Shown piece by piece: positions 9,639 through 18,062 of a stretch of DNA of 64,000 bases. The notes below the pieces were generated by a model. It searched no databases, was not told the origin of the DNA, and saw nothing but the letters and a program-made list of their open reading frames with translations. Source of the DNA: an uncultured Actinomycetota bacterium (GTDB lineage Bacteria > Actinomycetota > Acidimicrobiia > Spongiisociales > UBA4744); NCBI GenBank assembly GCA_963707435.1, contig CAVPPF010000005.1, forward strand, positions 578,714 through 642,713, written 5' to 3'. How positions within the stretch are numbered: the first letter of the stretch is position 1; each line of letters opens with the position of its first letter. The translations under genes and the position numbers were made by a program.

Positions 9639-10613
9639 CTACATGGTGAGCGCCATCACCGCCTTCTGCACGTGCAGACGGTTTTCGGCCTGGTCGAACA
9701 CCCGGCTCCAGCGCCCGTCGATGACGCCGTCGGTCACTTCGATGTTGCGGTCGGCCGGCAGCGGGTGCATGTAGATGGCATCCTCGTCGGCCAGTTCCAT
9801 GCGGCGCTCGTCGGCGATCCAGTCCTTGTACTTCTCGGAGATCTTGGCGGATTCCTCGTGGTCGGAGGTCGTCAGCATCGAGCCCCAGCTCTTGGCATAG
9901 ACAACGTCGGCACCCCGCATGCCTTCATCGAAGTCTTCGATGATCTCGAAGCTGCCGTGTGCCTTCTTGGCGTTCTCTTCGGCCTGAGCCACGATCTCGG
10001 GCATCAACTTGAACTCGGGAGGACGGGTCAACCGGACGTTCGCGCCGAAACGGGTCATGAGCAGGATGACGCTCTGCGGGACGCTGATCGGCTTCTGATA
10101 GCTCGCCGCATAGGCATAGCTCATATTGAAGGTCAGCTTGCGCGGATCGCCCTTTTGCTCGATGACGGTGAGCAGGTCGGCGAGGGCCTGAAACGGGTGG
10201 TACCAGTCGCATTGCATGTTGAGGACGGGCGTCCGGCTGGCCTCGGCAACTGCCCTGATGTAGTCGTTGCCGATTCCCCAGTCGACGTTGCGGATGGCGA
10301 TGCCGTCGTCGTAGCGACCCAGGATCTCGCCGATCTCCTTCCAGGTGTCGCCGTGGCCGATCTGAGTGCTGGTGCTGTCGAGGAACATGGCGTGGCCGCC
10401 CAACTGCGCCATGCCGGCTTCAAAGCTGGCCCGCGTCCGGGTGCTGGAGAAGAAGAAGAGCATCGCCAGTACCTTGTCCCGCAGCAACGCGTGCGGCTCG
10501 CCGAGCGCCCGCCTCCGCTTCAAGTCGAGAGCTACGTCGATGACGGTGTCGAGTTCGTCCTTGGTCCACTCCTGGGTGGTGATCATGTCCCGGCCGTGCA
10601 GGTATGTCTGCAT
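9639..10613 (-). CDS. YgeW-like (OTCase-superfamily) carbamoyltransferase
   Basis: SSTRTR, LNMQCDWYHPFQ, SYAYAASYQKPISVPQS (YgeW-type Pro-rich loop), YAKSW, HPLPADR. Confidence 0.8.
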   Translation of the reverse strand: MQTYLHGRDMITTQEWTKDELDTVIDVALDLKRRRALGEPHALLRDKVLAMLFFFSSTRTRASFEAGMAQLGGHAMFLDSTSTQIGHGDTWKEIGEILGRYDDGIAIRNVDWGIGNDYIRAVAEASRTPVLNMQCDWYHPFQALADLLTVIEQKGDPRKLTFNMSYAYAASYQKPISVPQSVILLMTRFGANVRLTRPPEFKLMPEIVAQAEENAKKAHGSFEIIEDFDEGMRGADVVYAKSWGSMLTTSDHEESAKISEKYKDWIADERRMELADEDAIYMHPLPADRNIEVTDGVIDGRWSRVFDQAENRLHVQKAVMALTM

Positions 10614-10626
10614 GTTCGCTCCTTGT

Positions 10627-11358
10627 CTAGGCCCCGGCTTTCCGCCGGATCAGGCGGAAGCGGAGCAGGTCATCTCTGAAAAATGAGGTGGATTTCACCA
10701 CCGGTTCGTTGTCCTGGTCGAAGCCGACCTCCTCAAAACTGATCGATGGAGTACGACGCGGCACCTCGAGTTGCCCGGCCTCGTGGTTCCCCAACGCTAC
10801 CGGGACGATCTCCGAGAGGTAGTAGGAAAGAAATCGCGAGCAGTGATCCTCGAGCAACTCGTAGAGCGGCTTCTTGCCGTCGGCGGCTCCGATCCGCACT
10901 GCAACGAGTTGCTCCGGGATTCGGTTCGTGGTGAGCACCACGGGCAGATCGTTCTCGAGGAACAGCTTCTCCATGACCACCACCGGCTCGCCGCTCTCGA
11001 TCTTCAATTCGGCCGCCAATTGGTGGTCTGCTGCTTCTGTCCGGATCTTCTCGACCCGCACGGAGGGCGTATACCCGTGGTCCCGGAGCAACTCCTCGTA
11101 CGACCACATCTCCTCGAGACGTGACTTGATCTGCAAGCCGGGTTCGTTCACGAAGGTGCCCGCCCCCTGCTTGCGGTAGATGGAGCCTTCCTGCTCCAGG
11201 CGGCTCAGCGCATCGCGGATGGTGGTCCGGCTGACCCCCAGATCCGTTGCCAGTTCGGTCTCGGAAGGGATCCGTCCTGCTTCGAAGTCGCCGCCGACGA
11301 TCCGCTCTTTGAGATGTGCCTTCACCTGTTCGGTGAGCGACGGATTGCGGGTGATCAT
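10627..11358 (-). CDS. GntR/HutC-family transcriptional regulator (wHTH + UTRA)
   Basis: IPSETELATDLGVSRTTIRDALSRL...GAGTFV; UTRA-sized C-terminus; TAGGAT -10 lies 7 nt before the ATG (leaderless). Confidence 0.93.
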   Translation of the reverse strand: MITRNPSLTEQVKAHLKERIVGGDFEAGRIPSETELATDLGVSRTTIRDALSRLEQEGSIYRKQGAGTFVNEPGLQIKSRLEEMWSYEELLRDHGYTPSVRVEKIRTEAADHQLAAELKIESGEPVVVMEKLFLENDLPVVLTTNRIPEQLVAVRIGAADGKKPLYELLEDHCSRFLSYYLSEIVPVALGNHEAGQLEVPRRTPSISFEEVGFDQDNEPVVKSTSFFRDDLLRFRLIRRKAGA

Positions 11359-11393
11359 CGAACGAATCCTAACTAGCCGGTCGGGTCATCATG

Positions 11394-11412
11394 TTGTATG
11401 CTTGTATGACAA
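11394..11412. promoter_or_regulatory. Candidate GntR operator in the divergent promoter region
   Basis: TTGTATG direct repeat (11394, 11402) and palindrome TTGT-ATG-ACAA (11402-11412); AT-rich within a GC-rich background. Confidence 0.5.
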
Positions 11413-11498
11413 ATCGTACCTGAGGTCCCCGTCGCTGTCCAGCGACCGGATCTCTTCCCGGGAAACCGCCCGGGACGGACAACCAAGAGGAGTGCTAC

Positions 11499-12449
11499 AT
11501 GCGCAGCTTCGCCGGACGGGACATTCTGTCGCTCAAGGATTTCGAGCGGAATGAGTTCTTCCACGTTTTCGAGATTGCCGACGAACTCGAGCCCATCGCC
11601 CGGGAACGTCGCAACACCGACCTGCTGGCCGACAAGACGATGGTCACCGCCTTCTACCAGCCCTCAACCCGCACCCGTCTGGCTCATGAGGCCGCCATGC
11701 ATCGCCTCGGCGGGCATGTCACCGGCTTCTCGGACGCCAAGATGACCCGGGCCGGAGACTTCTACCAGGAGTCCATCAAGGACACCGTCCACATGCTGGA
11801 GTACTACGGCGACGTGCTGGTCATGCGCCACTTCCAGCAGGGCGCCCCTCATGAGGCGGCTCGCTGGGCATCGATCCCGGTGATCAACGCCGGCGACGGG
11901 TGGGGCGAACATCCCACTCAGGTCCTCACCGACCTTTACACCGTGCAAAAGGAAACCGGCAGCGTGGACGGCAAGACGTTCGTCTGCATCGGCGACCACC
12001 GCATGCGCACCATGCACTCGATCGGATATGCCCTCAGCCAGTTCGACGCCGAGATGGTCATCCTGGCTCCCGAAGAGATGTCGCCCACGAAAGAGTTCCT
12101 GGCCGAACTCGACGAGAAGGGCACCTCGTGGCGCATCGTTGAGCACATCAACGACGTGATCGAAGAGGCCGACGTCATCTACATGGAACCGGTCGTCCAG
12201 CCCGACTACACGCAGTCGCGTCAGGAAAAGGCCGACGAGTACGGGACCACGCCCGCCAACTACCGGATCACCAAAGAGGTCATGAAGAAGGCCAAGGGTG
12301 ACTCGATCGTGCTGCACTCGCTTCCCCGGATGGACGAGCTGCTGCCCGAGGTGGACCAGCTCAAGCATGCCCGTTACTGGCAAGAGGCGTACAACGGCGT
12401 CGTCATGCGCATGGCACTGCTGGCGCTCGTTCTCGGCGTAACGGAGTAG
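11499..12449 (+). CDS. Atypical aspartate carbamoyltransferase-like enzyme
   Basis: FYQPSTRTR, INAGDGWGEHPTQ, HSLPR; aspartate-binding loops altered (YMEPVVQ in place of YMTRxQ). Confidence 0.85.
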   Translation: MRSFAGRDILSLKDFERNEFFHVFEIADELEPIARERRNTDLLADKTMVTAFYQPSTRTRLAHEAAMHRLGGHVTGFSDAKMTRAGDFYQESIKDTVHMLEYYGDVLVMRHFQQGAPHEAARWASIPVINAGDGWGEHPTQVLTDLYTVQKETGSVDGKTFVCIGDHRMRTMHSIGYALSQFDAEMVILAPEEMSPTKEFLAELDEKGTSWRIVEHINDVIEEADVIYMEPVVQPDYTQSRQEKADEYGTTPANYRITKEVMKKAKGDSIVLHSLPRMDELLPEVDQLKHARYWQEAYNGVVMRMALLALVLGVTE

Positions 12450-12452
12450 ACG

Positions 12453-13397
12453 ATGCCCAGAGCAGTCATCGCCATCGGCGGCAACTCGCTGATCACCGAC
12501 AAAGATCACCAGAGCGTCCAGGATCAGTACCTGGCCGCCGGTGAGACCGATCACCACATCGCCCAGATGGTCAAGGCCGGCTGGGACGTAGCGATCTCGC
12601 ACGGAAACGGTCCGCAAGTTGGATTCATCCTGCGCCGTTCTGAGCTGGCACGGGGCGAGCTGCATGAAGTGCCGCTCGACGTGTGCGGCGCCGACACACA
12701 GGGAGCGATCGGGTACATGCTCCAGCAGAACCTGATCAACGACTTCCGGGCCATGGGCCTGAACAAGCAGGTGGCGACCGTAGTCACCCAGGTCGAAGTC
12801 GGCGCCGACGATCCGGCCATGCTCAACCCGTCCAAGCCGATCGGCACCTTCTTCGACGAGGAAGAGGCCAAGGTTCGGCAGGAACGGGACGGCTGGGCGG
12901 TCGTCGAAGATGCCGGACGCGGCTGGCGCCGGGTAGTTGCGTCACCCAAACCGGTCCGGATCGTCGAGATCGAAGCCATCCGTACCCTGATGGATGCCGG
13001 GGTAATCGTCATCGCCGTCGGCGGGGGCGGCATACCCGTCGTGGCCGACGAGAACGGTGATCTGTACGGGGTCGCGGCCGTCATCGACAAGGACCTGGCT
13101 TCGGCCGTCCTGGCCAAAGACCTCAATGCGGACCTGCTGCTCATCTCCACGGCAGTCGAGAAAGTTGCGCTCCGGTTCGGAACTCCCGAACAAGAGTGGG
13201 TCGACCGCATGACCCTCTCCGAGTTGAAGGGGTACCTGGCGGAAGGCGGCCATTTCGCGGAAGGATCGATGGCACCCAAGATGCGGGCCGTCGTCCAGTT
13301 CCTCGAAGCAGGCGGCGAACGCGCCTTGATCACCAACCCGGAGAACATCGCCAAGGCCATCGCCGGCGACACCGGGACCTGGATCGTCCATGACTGA
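12453..13397 (+). CDS. arcC: Carbamate kinase
   Basis: IAIGGNSL, HGNGPQVG, GRGWRRVVASPKP, GGGGIPV, AVIDKD, GSMAPKM. Confidence 0.95.
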   Translation: MPRAVIAIGGNSLITDKDHQSVQDQYLAAGETDHHIAQMVKAGWDVAISHGNGPQVGFILRRSELARGELHEVPLDVCGADTQGAIGYMLQQNLINDFRAMGLNKQVATVVTQVEVGADDPAMLNPSKPIGTFFDEEEAKVRQERDGWAVVEDAGRGWRRVVASPKPVRIVEIEAIRTLMDAGVIVIAVGGGGIPVVADENGDLYGVAAVIDKDLASAVLAKDLNADLLLISTAVEKVALRFGTPEQEWVDRMTLSELKGYLAEGGHFAEGSMAPKMRAVVQFLEAGGERALITNPENIAKAIAGDTGTWIVHD

Positions 13398-14649
13398 CCA
13401 GGTCACCGGACTCGTCTGCGTGATTTGTGGGACTGCGTACCCGGCCGAGGAGGCCGGGTACGTGTGTCCGGATCACGGCAACGAGGGTATCCTCGACGTC
13501 CGGTACGACTACGACCTGATCGGGTCCCGGATCTCCCGGGAGTCTTTGCGCGAGGCACGCGATCCCACCATGTGGCGGTATCGCCCGCTCCTTCCGGTGG
13601 CGCCGGATGCAGCCGTACCCCCTCTCACCGTTGGGGGAACTCCCACCTACGACGCTCCCCGGCTGGCCGAAGCCCTGGGCATTCGCCGGGTCTGGGTGAA
13701 GGATGAGGGCCGCCAACCGACGGCCTCGCTGAAGGATCGCGCCAGTGCCATGGCCATCGTCAAGGCACGGGAACAGGGCGCCGAGGTGGTGACAACTGCC
13801 AGCACCGGCAACGCCGCTGCGGCGCTGAGCGGGTTGTCCGCCAGCATGGGCCAGAAGAACGTGATCTTCGTTCCGGAGACGGCCCCGCAAGCCAAGATCG
13901 CCCAGCTGCTCGCCTACGGCTCCGTCGTGGCGTTGGTCAAAGGTACCTACGGCGATGCCTTCGATCTCTGCATGGAAGCTGCCGCAGAATTCGGCTGGTA
14001 CAACCGCAACACCGGGTTCAACCCGTACATGACCGAGGGCAAGAAGACGGCCGGACTCGAGATTCTCGAACAGCTCGACTGGAAGATCCCCGATGCCATA
14101 TTTGTCAGCGTCGGCGACGGGTCGATCATCGGTGGCGTGCACAAGGCGATGAAAGACGCCGTCGCCCTCGGCTGGATCGAGCACTCCCCCCGCATCTTCG
14201 GCATCCAGTCGGCCGGGAGCGACTACCTCGTGCAGGCCTACGAGAGCGGCGAGGACGTCCTGACCAAGCCACCCATCTCGGCAACCACCATTGCCGACTC
14301 CATCAGCGCCGACCTGCCCCGCGATCGGATCAAGGCGATGGCCGCCGTTGTCGAAACGGACGGGGCCTACCTGCGGGTTGCCGACGAAGCCATCCTGGCG
14401 GCGGTTCCTATCCTGGCCCGCGGGTCGGGTGTCTTTGCCGAACCGGCCGGAGCGGCAGCCTATGCCGGCCTTATCGTCGCGGTCGAACGGGACCTCATCG
14501 GGCCGACCGATCGGGTGGTCGTGCTCTCCACCGGGAGCGGCCTCAAGGATGTGGCTTCCGCCATGAAAGCGGTCAAGGCCGCAGGAACAGAACCCATGGT
14601 GGTCGAACCCACGCTGGAAGCATTGAAGAAAGCTATGGAGAAGAAGTAG
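13390..14649 (+). CDS. Threonine synthase-like fold-type II PLP enzyme with N-terminal Zn-ribbon-like motif
   Basis: CVICG...CP, QPTASLKDR (PLP Lys), ASTGNAA, VGDGS, FAEPAGAA, TGSGLKD. Confidence 0.85.
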   Translation: MTDQVTGLVCVICGTAYPAEEAGYVCPDHGNEGILDVRYDYDLIGSRISRESLREARDPTMWRYRPLLPVAPDAAVPPLTVGGTPTYDAPRLAEALGIRRVWVKDEGRQPTASLKDRASAMAIVKAREQGAEVVTTASTGNAAAALSGLSASMGQKNVIFVPETAPQAKIAQLLAYGSVVALVKGTYGDAFDLCMEAAAEFGWYNRNTGFNPYMTEGKKTAGLEILEQLDWKIPDAIFVSVGDGSIIGGVHKAMKDAVALGWIEHSPRIFGIQSAGSDYLVQAYESGEDVLTKPPISATTIADSISADLPRDRIKAMAAVVETDGAYLRVADEAILAAVPILARGSGVFAEPAGAAAYAGLIVAVERDLIGPTDRVVVLSTGSGLKDVASAMKAVKAAGTEPMVVEPTLEALKKAMEKK

Positions 14650-14652
14650 AGA

Positions 14653-14682
14653 AGTACTCAGTACTCAGTACTCAGTACTCAG
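14653..14682. repeat. Heptamer tandem array (AGTACTC)x4
   Basis: Perfect AGTACTC at 14653, 14660, 14667 and 14674; intergenic. Confidence 0.95.
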
Positions 14683-14704
14683 AAACAAGGAACCGAGGAC
14701 TCAC

Positions 14705-16168
14705 ATGATTGATCTCACCATCCACGAAAAGACGCTCGCTTCGGCCGCCGCCCAGGCGAAGAACCGGTCGATTCGCATCCCCACTTTCAAGGAAATGCGG
14801 GATCCTTCGCTCATTCCCGATTCGATCAAGCAAGAGCTCAAGTCGGTTGGATTGTGGGACCTCGACCCGCGCAACCTGTACCGGATAACCTGGCACAACG
14901 AGCCCACCCCCACCGGCGGTGGCTACGGACCGGTCAACTTCGTCGAGCTTCCTTCCGAGCTGACCGGCACCCCCGCCCGGATTCTCCTCCTCGAGGGCAA
15001 GTGGTTTCCGACCGGCGCCCACAAGGTCGGGGCGGCCTTCGGCTGCCTGGTTCCCCGCCTCGTGACCGGTCAGTTCGATCCGGTCACCCAGAAGGCCGTC
15101 TGGCCTTCGACCGGCAACTACTGCCGGGGAGGCGCCTACGACTCCCATCTCCTGGCGTGCGAATCCGTTGCCATCCTCCCCGAGGGCATGAGCAAGGAAC
15201 GCTTCGAATGGCTCAAGACGGTGGCAGGAGAAATCATCGCTACCCCGGGGACAGAATCGAACGTCAAAGAGATCTTCGACAAGTGCAACGAGCTGCGGGC
15301 CTCGGGCGAAGACCTGGTGATCTTCAATCAGTTCGACGAGTTCGGCAACTATCTCTGGCACTACGCGGTGACCGGACCGGCCATGGTCGAAGTGCTCGAA
15401 GCCGCCATGCGGCCCGGCGACGAGTTCCGGGGCGTAACCCTGACCACCGGTTCGGCCGGGACGATCGCGTCGGGTGACTATCTCAAACAGCTCTATCCCA
15501 ACTCGAAGATCGCGGCCGGCGAGGCCATACAGTGCCCCACCATCCTCTACAACGGATTCGGGGAGCACCGCATCGAAGGCATCGGCGACAAGCACATCCC
15601 CTGGATTCACAACGCCAAGAACACGGACATGGCCATCGGACTCGACGATGAGGCAACGATTGCCCTCACCCGCCTGTTCAACGAGCCGGCCGGTCAGTCC
15701 TACCTGGCCGACCAGGGCGTAGCCCCCGAACTGATCGAGAAGCTCCCGCTGCTCGGGATCTCCGGAATCGGCAACATGCTCATGGCGATCAAGATGGCCA
15801 AGTACTACGAGATGGGCTCCCAGGATGTCGTCATCACCGTCGGGACGGACTCCATGGAAATGTACGGGAGCCGCCTGCGCGAGCTCAACGAGGAGCGGGG
15901 CGAGTTCACCACCCTGGACGCAGCGGCGGCCTACCACCGCTACCTGCTCGGGCAGGGCATCGACCACGTCCAGGAACTGGGCTACTACGACCGCAAGCGG
16001 GTCCACAACCTGAAGTACTACACGTGGGTCGAACAGCAGGGCAAGACCTACGAGGAGATCCAGGCGCAGTGGTACGACCCGGACTACTGGACCTCGATTC
16101 AGGCGATGGTCGACCCCATCGATGAGCTGATCGTGGCGTTCAACAAACAGGTCGCCAGCTTGAGTTAG
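14705..16168 (+). CDS. Uncharacterised fold-type II PLP-dependent enzyme (487 aa)
   Basis: FPTGAHKVG (PLP Lys), WPSTGNY, FNQF, TGSAGT, HRIEGIG. Confidence 0.8.
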   Translation: MIDLTIHEKTLASAAAQAKNRSIRIPTFKEMRDPSLIPDSIKQELKSVGLWDLDPRNLYRITWHNEPTPTGGGYGPVNFVELPSELTGTPARILLLEGKWFPTGAHKVGAAFGCLVPRLVTGQFDPVTQKAVWPSTGNYCRGGAYDSHLLACESVAILPEGMSKERFEWLKTVAGEIIATPGTESNVKEIFDKCNELRASGEDLVIFNQFDEFGNYLWHYAVTGPAMVEVLEAAMRPGDEFRGVTLTTGSAGTIASGDYLKQLYPNSKIAAGEAIQCPTILYNGFGEHRIEGIGDKHIPWIHNAKNTDMAIGLDDEATIALTRLFNEPAGQSYLADQGVAPELIEKLPLLGISGIGNMLMAIKMAKYYEMGSQDVVITVGTDSMEMYGSRLRELNEERGEFTTLDAAAAYHRYLLGQGIDHVQELGYYDRKRVHNLKYYTWVEQQGKTYEEIQAQWYDPDYWTSIQAMVDPIDELIVAFNKQVASLS

Positions 16169-16221
16169 GTTTAGTCACGACGACCCACAAGGGCCGCATC
16201 GAAACGGAGAAAGGCATCAAC

Positions 16222-17565
16222 GTGTCTGAGACTGTTGCGGAGTTCATGGACCGGGTTATCGCCCGGAGCCCCGGAGAGCCTGAGTTCCATCAGGCTGCGC
16301 ACGAAGTCATCGAGTCGATCTGGCCGGTGCTCGACCGGCATCCGGAGTTTCGGGAAGCCAACATCCTCGACCGGATCGTTGAACCGGAGCGGGTGATCAT
16401 GTTCCGGGTGCCCTGGGTTGACGACAAAGGGCGCACCCGGGTCAACCGGGGCTTTCGCGTCGAGATGAACAGCGCCATCGGGCCTTACAAGGGCGGCCTG
16501 CGGTTCCACCCATCCGTCAACCTGGGCGTGCTCAAATTCCTCGCTTTCGAGCAAGTCTTCAAGAACGCCCTGACCACGCTGCCGATGGGAGGCGGCAAAG
16601 GAGGATCGGACTTCGATCCGAAGGGGCGGAGCGACGGCGAGGTCATGCGCTTCTGCCAGTCCTTCATGAGCGAGTTGTTCCGCCATATTGGGGCACGCAC
16701 CGACATCCCCGCCGGTGACATCGGGGTCGGAGCCCGGGAGATCGGCTATCTCTTCGGGCAGTACAAGAAGCTCGCCAACGAGTTCTCGGGGATCCTGACC
16801 GGCAAGAGCCTGGAGTGGGGCGGGAGCCTGATCAGATCCGAGTCGACCGGGTACGGCACCATCTATTTCGCAGAGGAGATGCTGAAGACTCGGGACGACT
16901 CGATCCTGGAGAAGACCTGCCTGGTGTCGGGTTCAGGAAATGTTGCTCAGTACGCCGTGGAGAACATCCTTCGGCTGGGTGGTAAAGCCGTCACTCTGTC
17001 GGATTCGAGCGGGTTCATCTACGACGCCGAGGGTATCGATCACGAGAAGCTCGCCTGGGTCAAGGACTTGAAGAACGTGCGACGGGGTCGGATCGCCGAG
17101 TACGCCGACCAGTTCAACGCCGAGTACTACCCGGACCGGCGGCCCTGGGGGGTCGAGGGCGCCGAATGCGCTTTCCCCTGCGCCACCCAGAACGAACTGA
17201 GCGGCGAAGACGCCAAGCAACTGCTGGCCAACGGCGTGTATGTGATTGCCGAAGGCGCCAACATGCCGAGCGAACCCGAAGCGGTTGCGCAGTTCGTGGA
17301 ACAGAAGATCCTGTTCGGGCCGGGCAAGGCTGCCAACGCAGGCGGTGTGGCTACCAGTGGCCTCGAGATGGCTCAAAACGCGGTGTTCAGCAACTGGACC
17401 AGGGATGAGGTCGACCAGCGGTTGTTGATGATCATGGTCAGCATCCATCGGAGCTGCCAGGAAGCGGCCGAACACTATGGAACCCCAGGAAACTACGTCA
17501 ACGGCGCCAACATCGCCGGCTTCATCAAAGTAGCCGACGCCATGCTGGACCAGGGCGTTGTATAG
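16222..17565 (+). CDS. gdhA: NADP-specific glutamate dehydrogenase
   Basis: GPYKGGLRFHPSVN, PMGGGKGGSDFDPKG, DIPAGDIGVG, SGSGNVAQY, EGANMP, KAANAGGV. Confidence 0.96.
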   Translation: MSETVAEFMDRVIARSPGEPEFHQAAHEVIESIWPVLDRHPEFREANILDRIVEPERVIMFRVPWVDDKGRTRVNRGFRVEMNSAIGPYKGGLRFHPSVNLGVLKFLAFEQVFKNALTTLPMGGGKGGSDFDPKGRSDGEVMRFCQSFMSELFRHIGARTDIPAGDIGVGAREIGYLFGQYKKLANEFSGILTGKSLEWGGSLIRSESTGYGTIYFAEEMLKTRDDSILEKTCLVSGSGNVAQYAVENILRLGGKAVTLSDSSGFIYDAEGIDHEKLAWVKDLKNVRRGRIAEYADQFNAEYYPDRRPWGVEGAECAFPCATQNELSGEDAKQLLANGVYVIAEGANMPSEPEAVAQFVEQKILFGPGKAANAGGVATSGLEMAQNAVFSNWTRDEVDQRLLMIMVSIHRSCQEAAEHYGTPGNYVNGANIAGFIKVADAMLDQGVV

Positions 17566-17577
17566 GCAGGAGGCGTC

Positions 17578-17970
17578 ATGAGAAAAGACGTTGGATATTT
17601 CGAAGGAACCGACTCGACCCTCCTGACCGCCCTGGTCTGCGAAGGGTTCGACACCATCCCGATGTCGAACGGCTACGACAACCACGGTCGCCACGTGCAG
17701 TTGATCAATCAGGAGAACAAACCCGATTTGCTCATCGGCTACGTCCACAAGGTCTTTGCCCCCGACGACGGCGACCCCAACTACACGACCTACCAGGACA
17801 TCTTCCATACCTGTCGTATCTACGGGGTTCCCGTGTTGCTCGAGGTGCCCAAAAAGCTCCAGGAGAAGGCGCGGGCGCTATTTCAGGACGTACCCGACGT
17901 AGTCCAGTTCGTAGATCCGGACGACATGCTGAAGGTGGCAATCAACATCCTCGGAGACCCCCAGAAGTAG
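17578..17970 (+). CDS. Hypothetical protein co-transcribed with gdhA
   Basis: Strong SD (GGAGG), GC3-biased codons, 12 bp after gdhA. Confidence 0.75.
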   Translation: MRKDVGYFEGTDSTLLTALVCEGFDTIPMSNGYDNHGRHVQLINQENKPDLLIGYVHKVFAPDDGDPNYTTYQDIFHTCRIYGVPVLLEVPKKLQEKARALFQDVPDVVQFVDPDDMLKVAINILGDPQK

Positions 17971-18048
17971 CGGGCCCCGACGAGGCCCGAGGGCAAGACA
18001 GGAGAGGGTCAAGCGCTGGCCGGGCGATCCCCGACGAGCCTTGACCCC
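17971..18048. terminator. Hairpins between convergent operons (possible bidirectional terminator)
   Basis: CGGGCC...GGCCCG and GGGTCAAG...CTTGACCC inverted repeats; no U-tract. Confidence 0.4.
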
Positions 18049-18062
18049 ATCCACTCCGCCCA

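Noticed and set aside
9639-13397. Arginine deiminase pathway (argF/arcB + arcC) or pyrimidine biosynthesis (pyrB)
   Set aside because: No arcA, pyrC, pyrI or carAB nearby, and the ornithine- and aspartate-binding motifs are missing.
13390-14649. Housekeeping thrC
   Set aside because: No hom or thrB, and it is embedded in a catabolic operon; symbol withheld, though the activity is not excluded.
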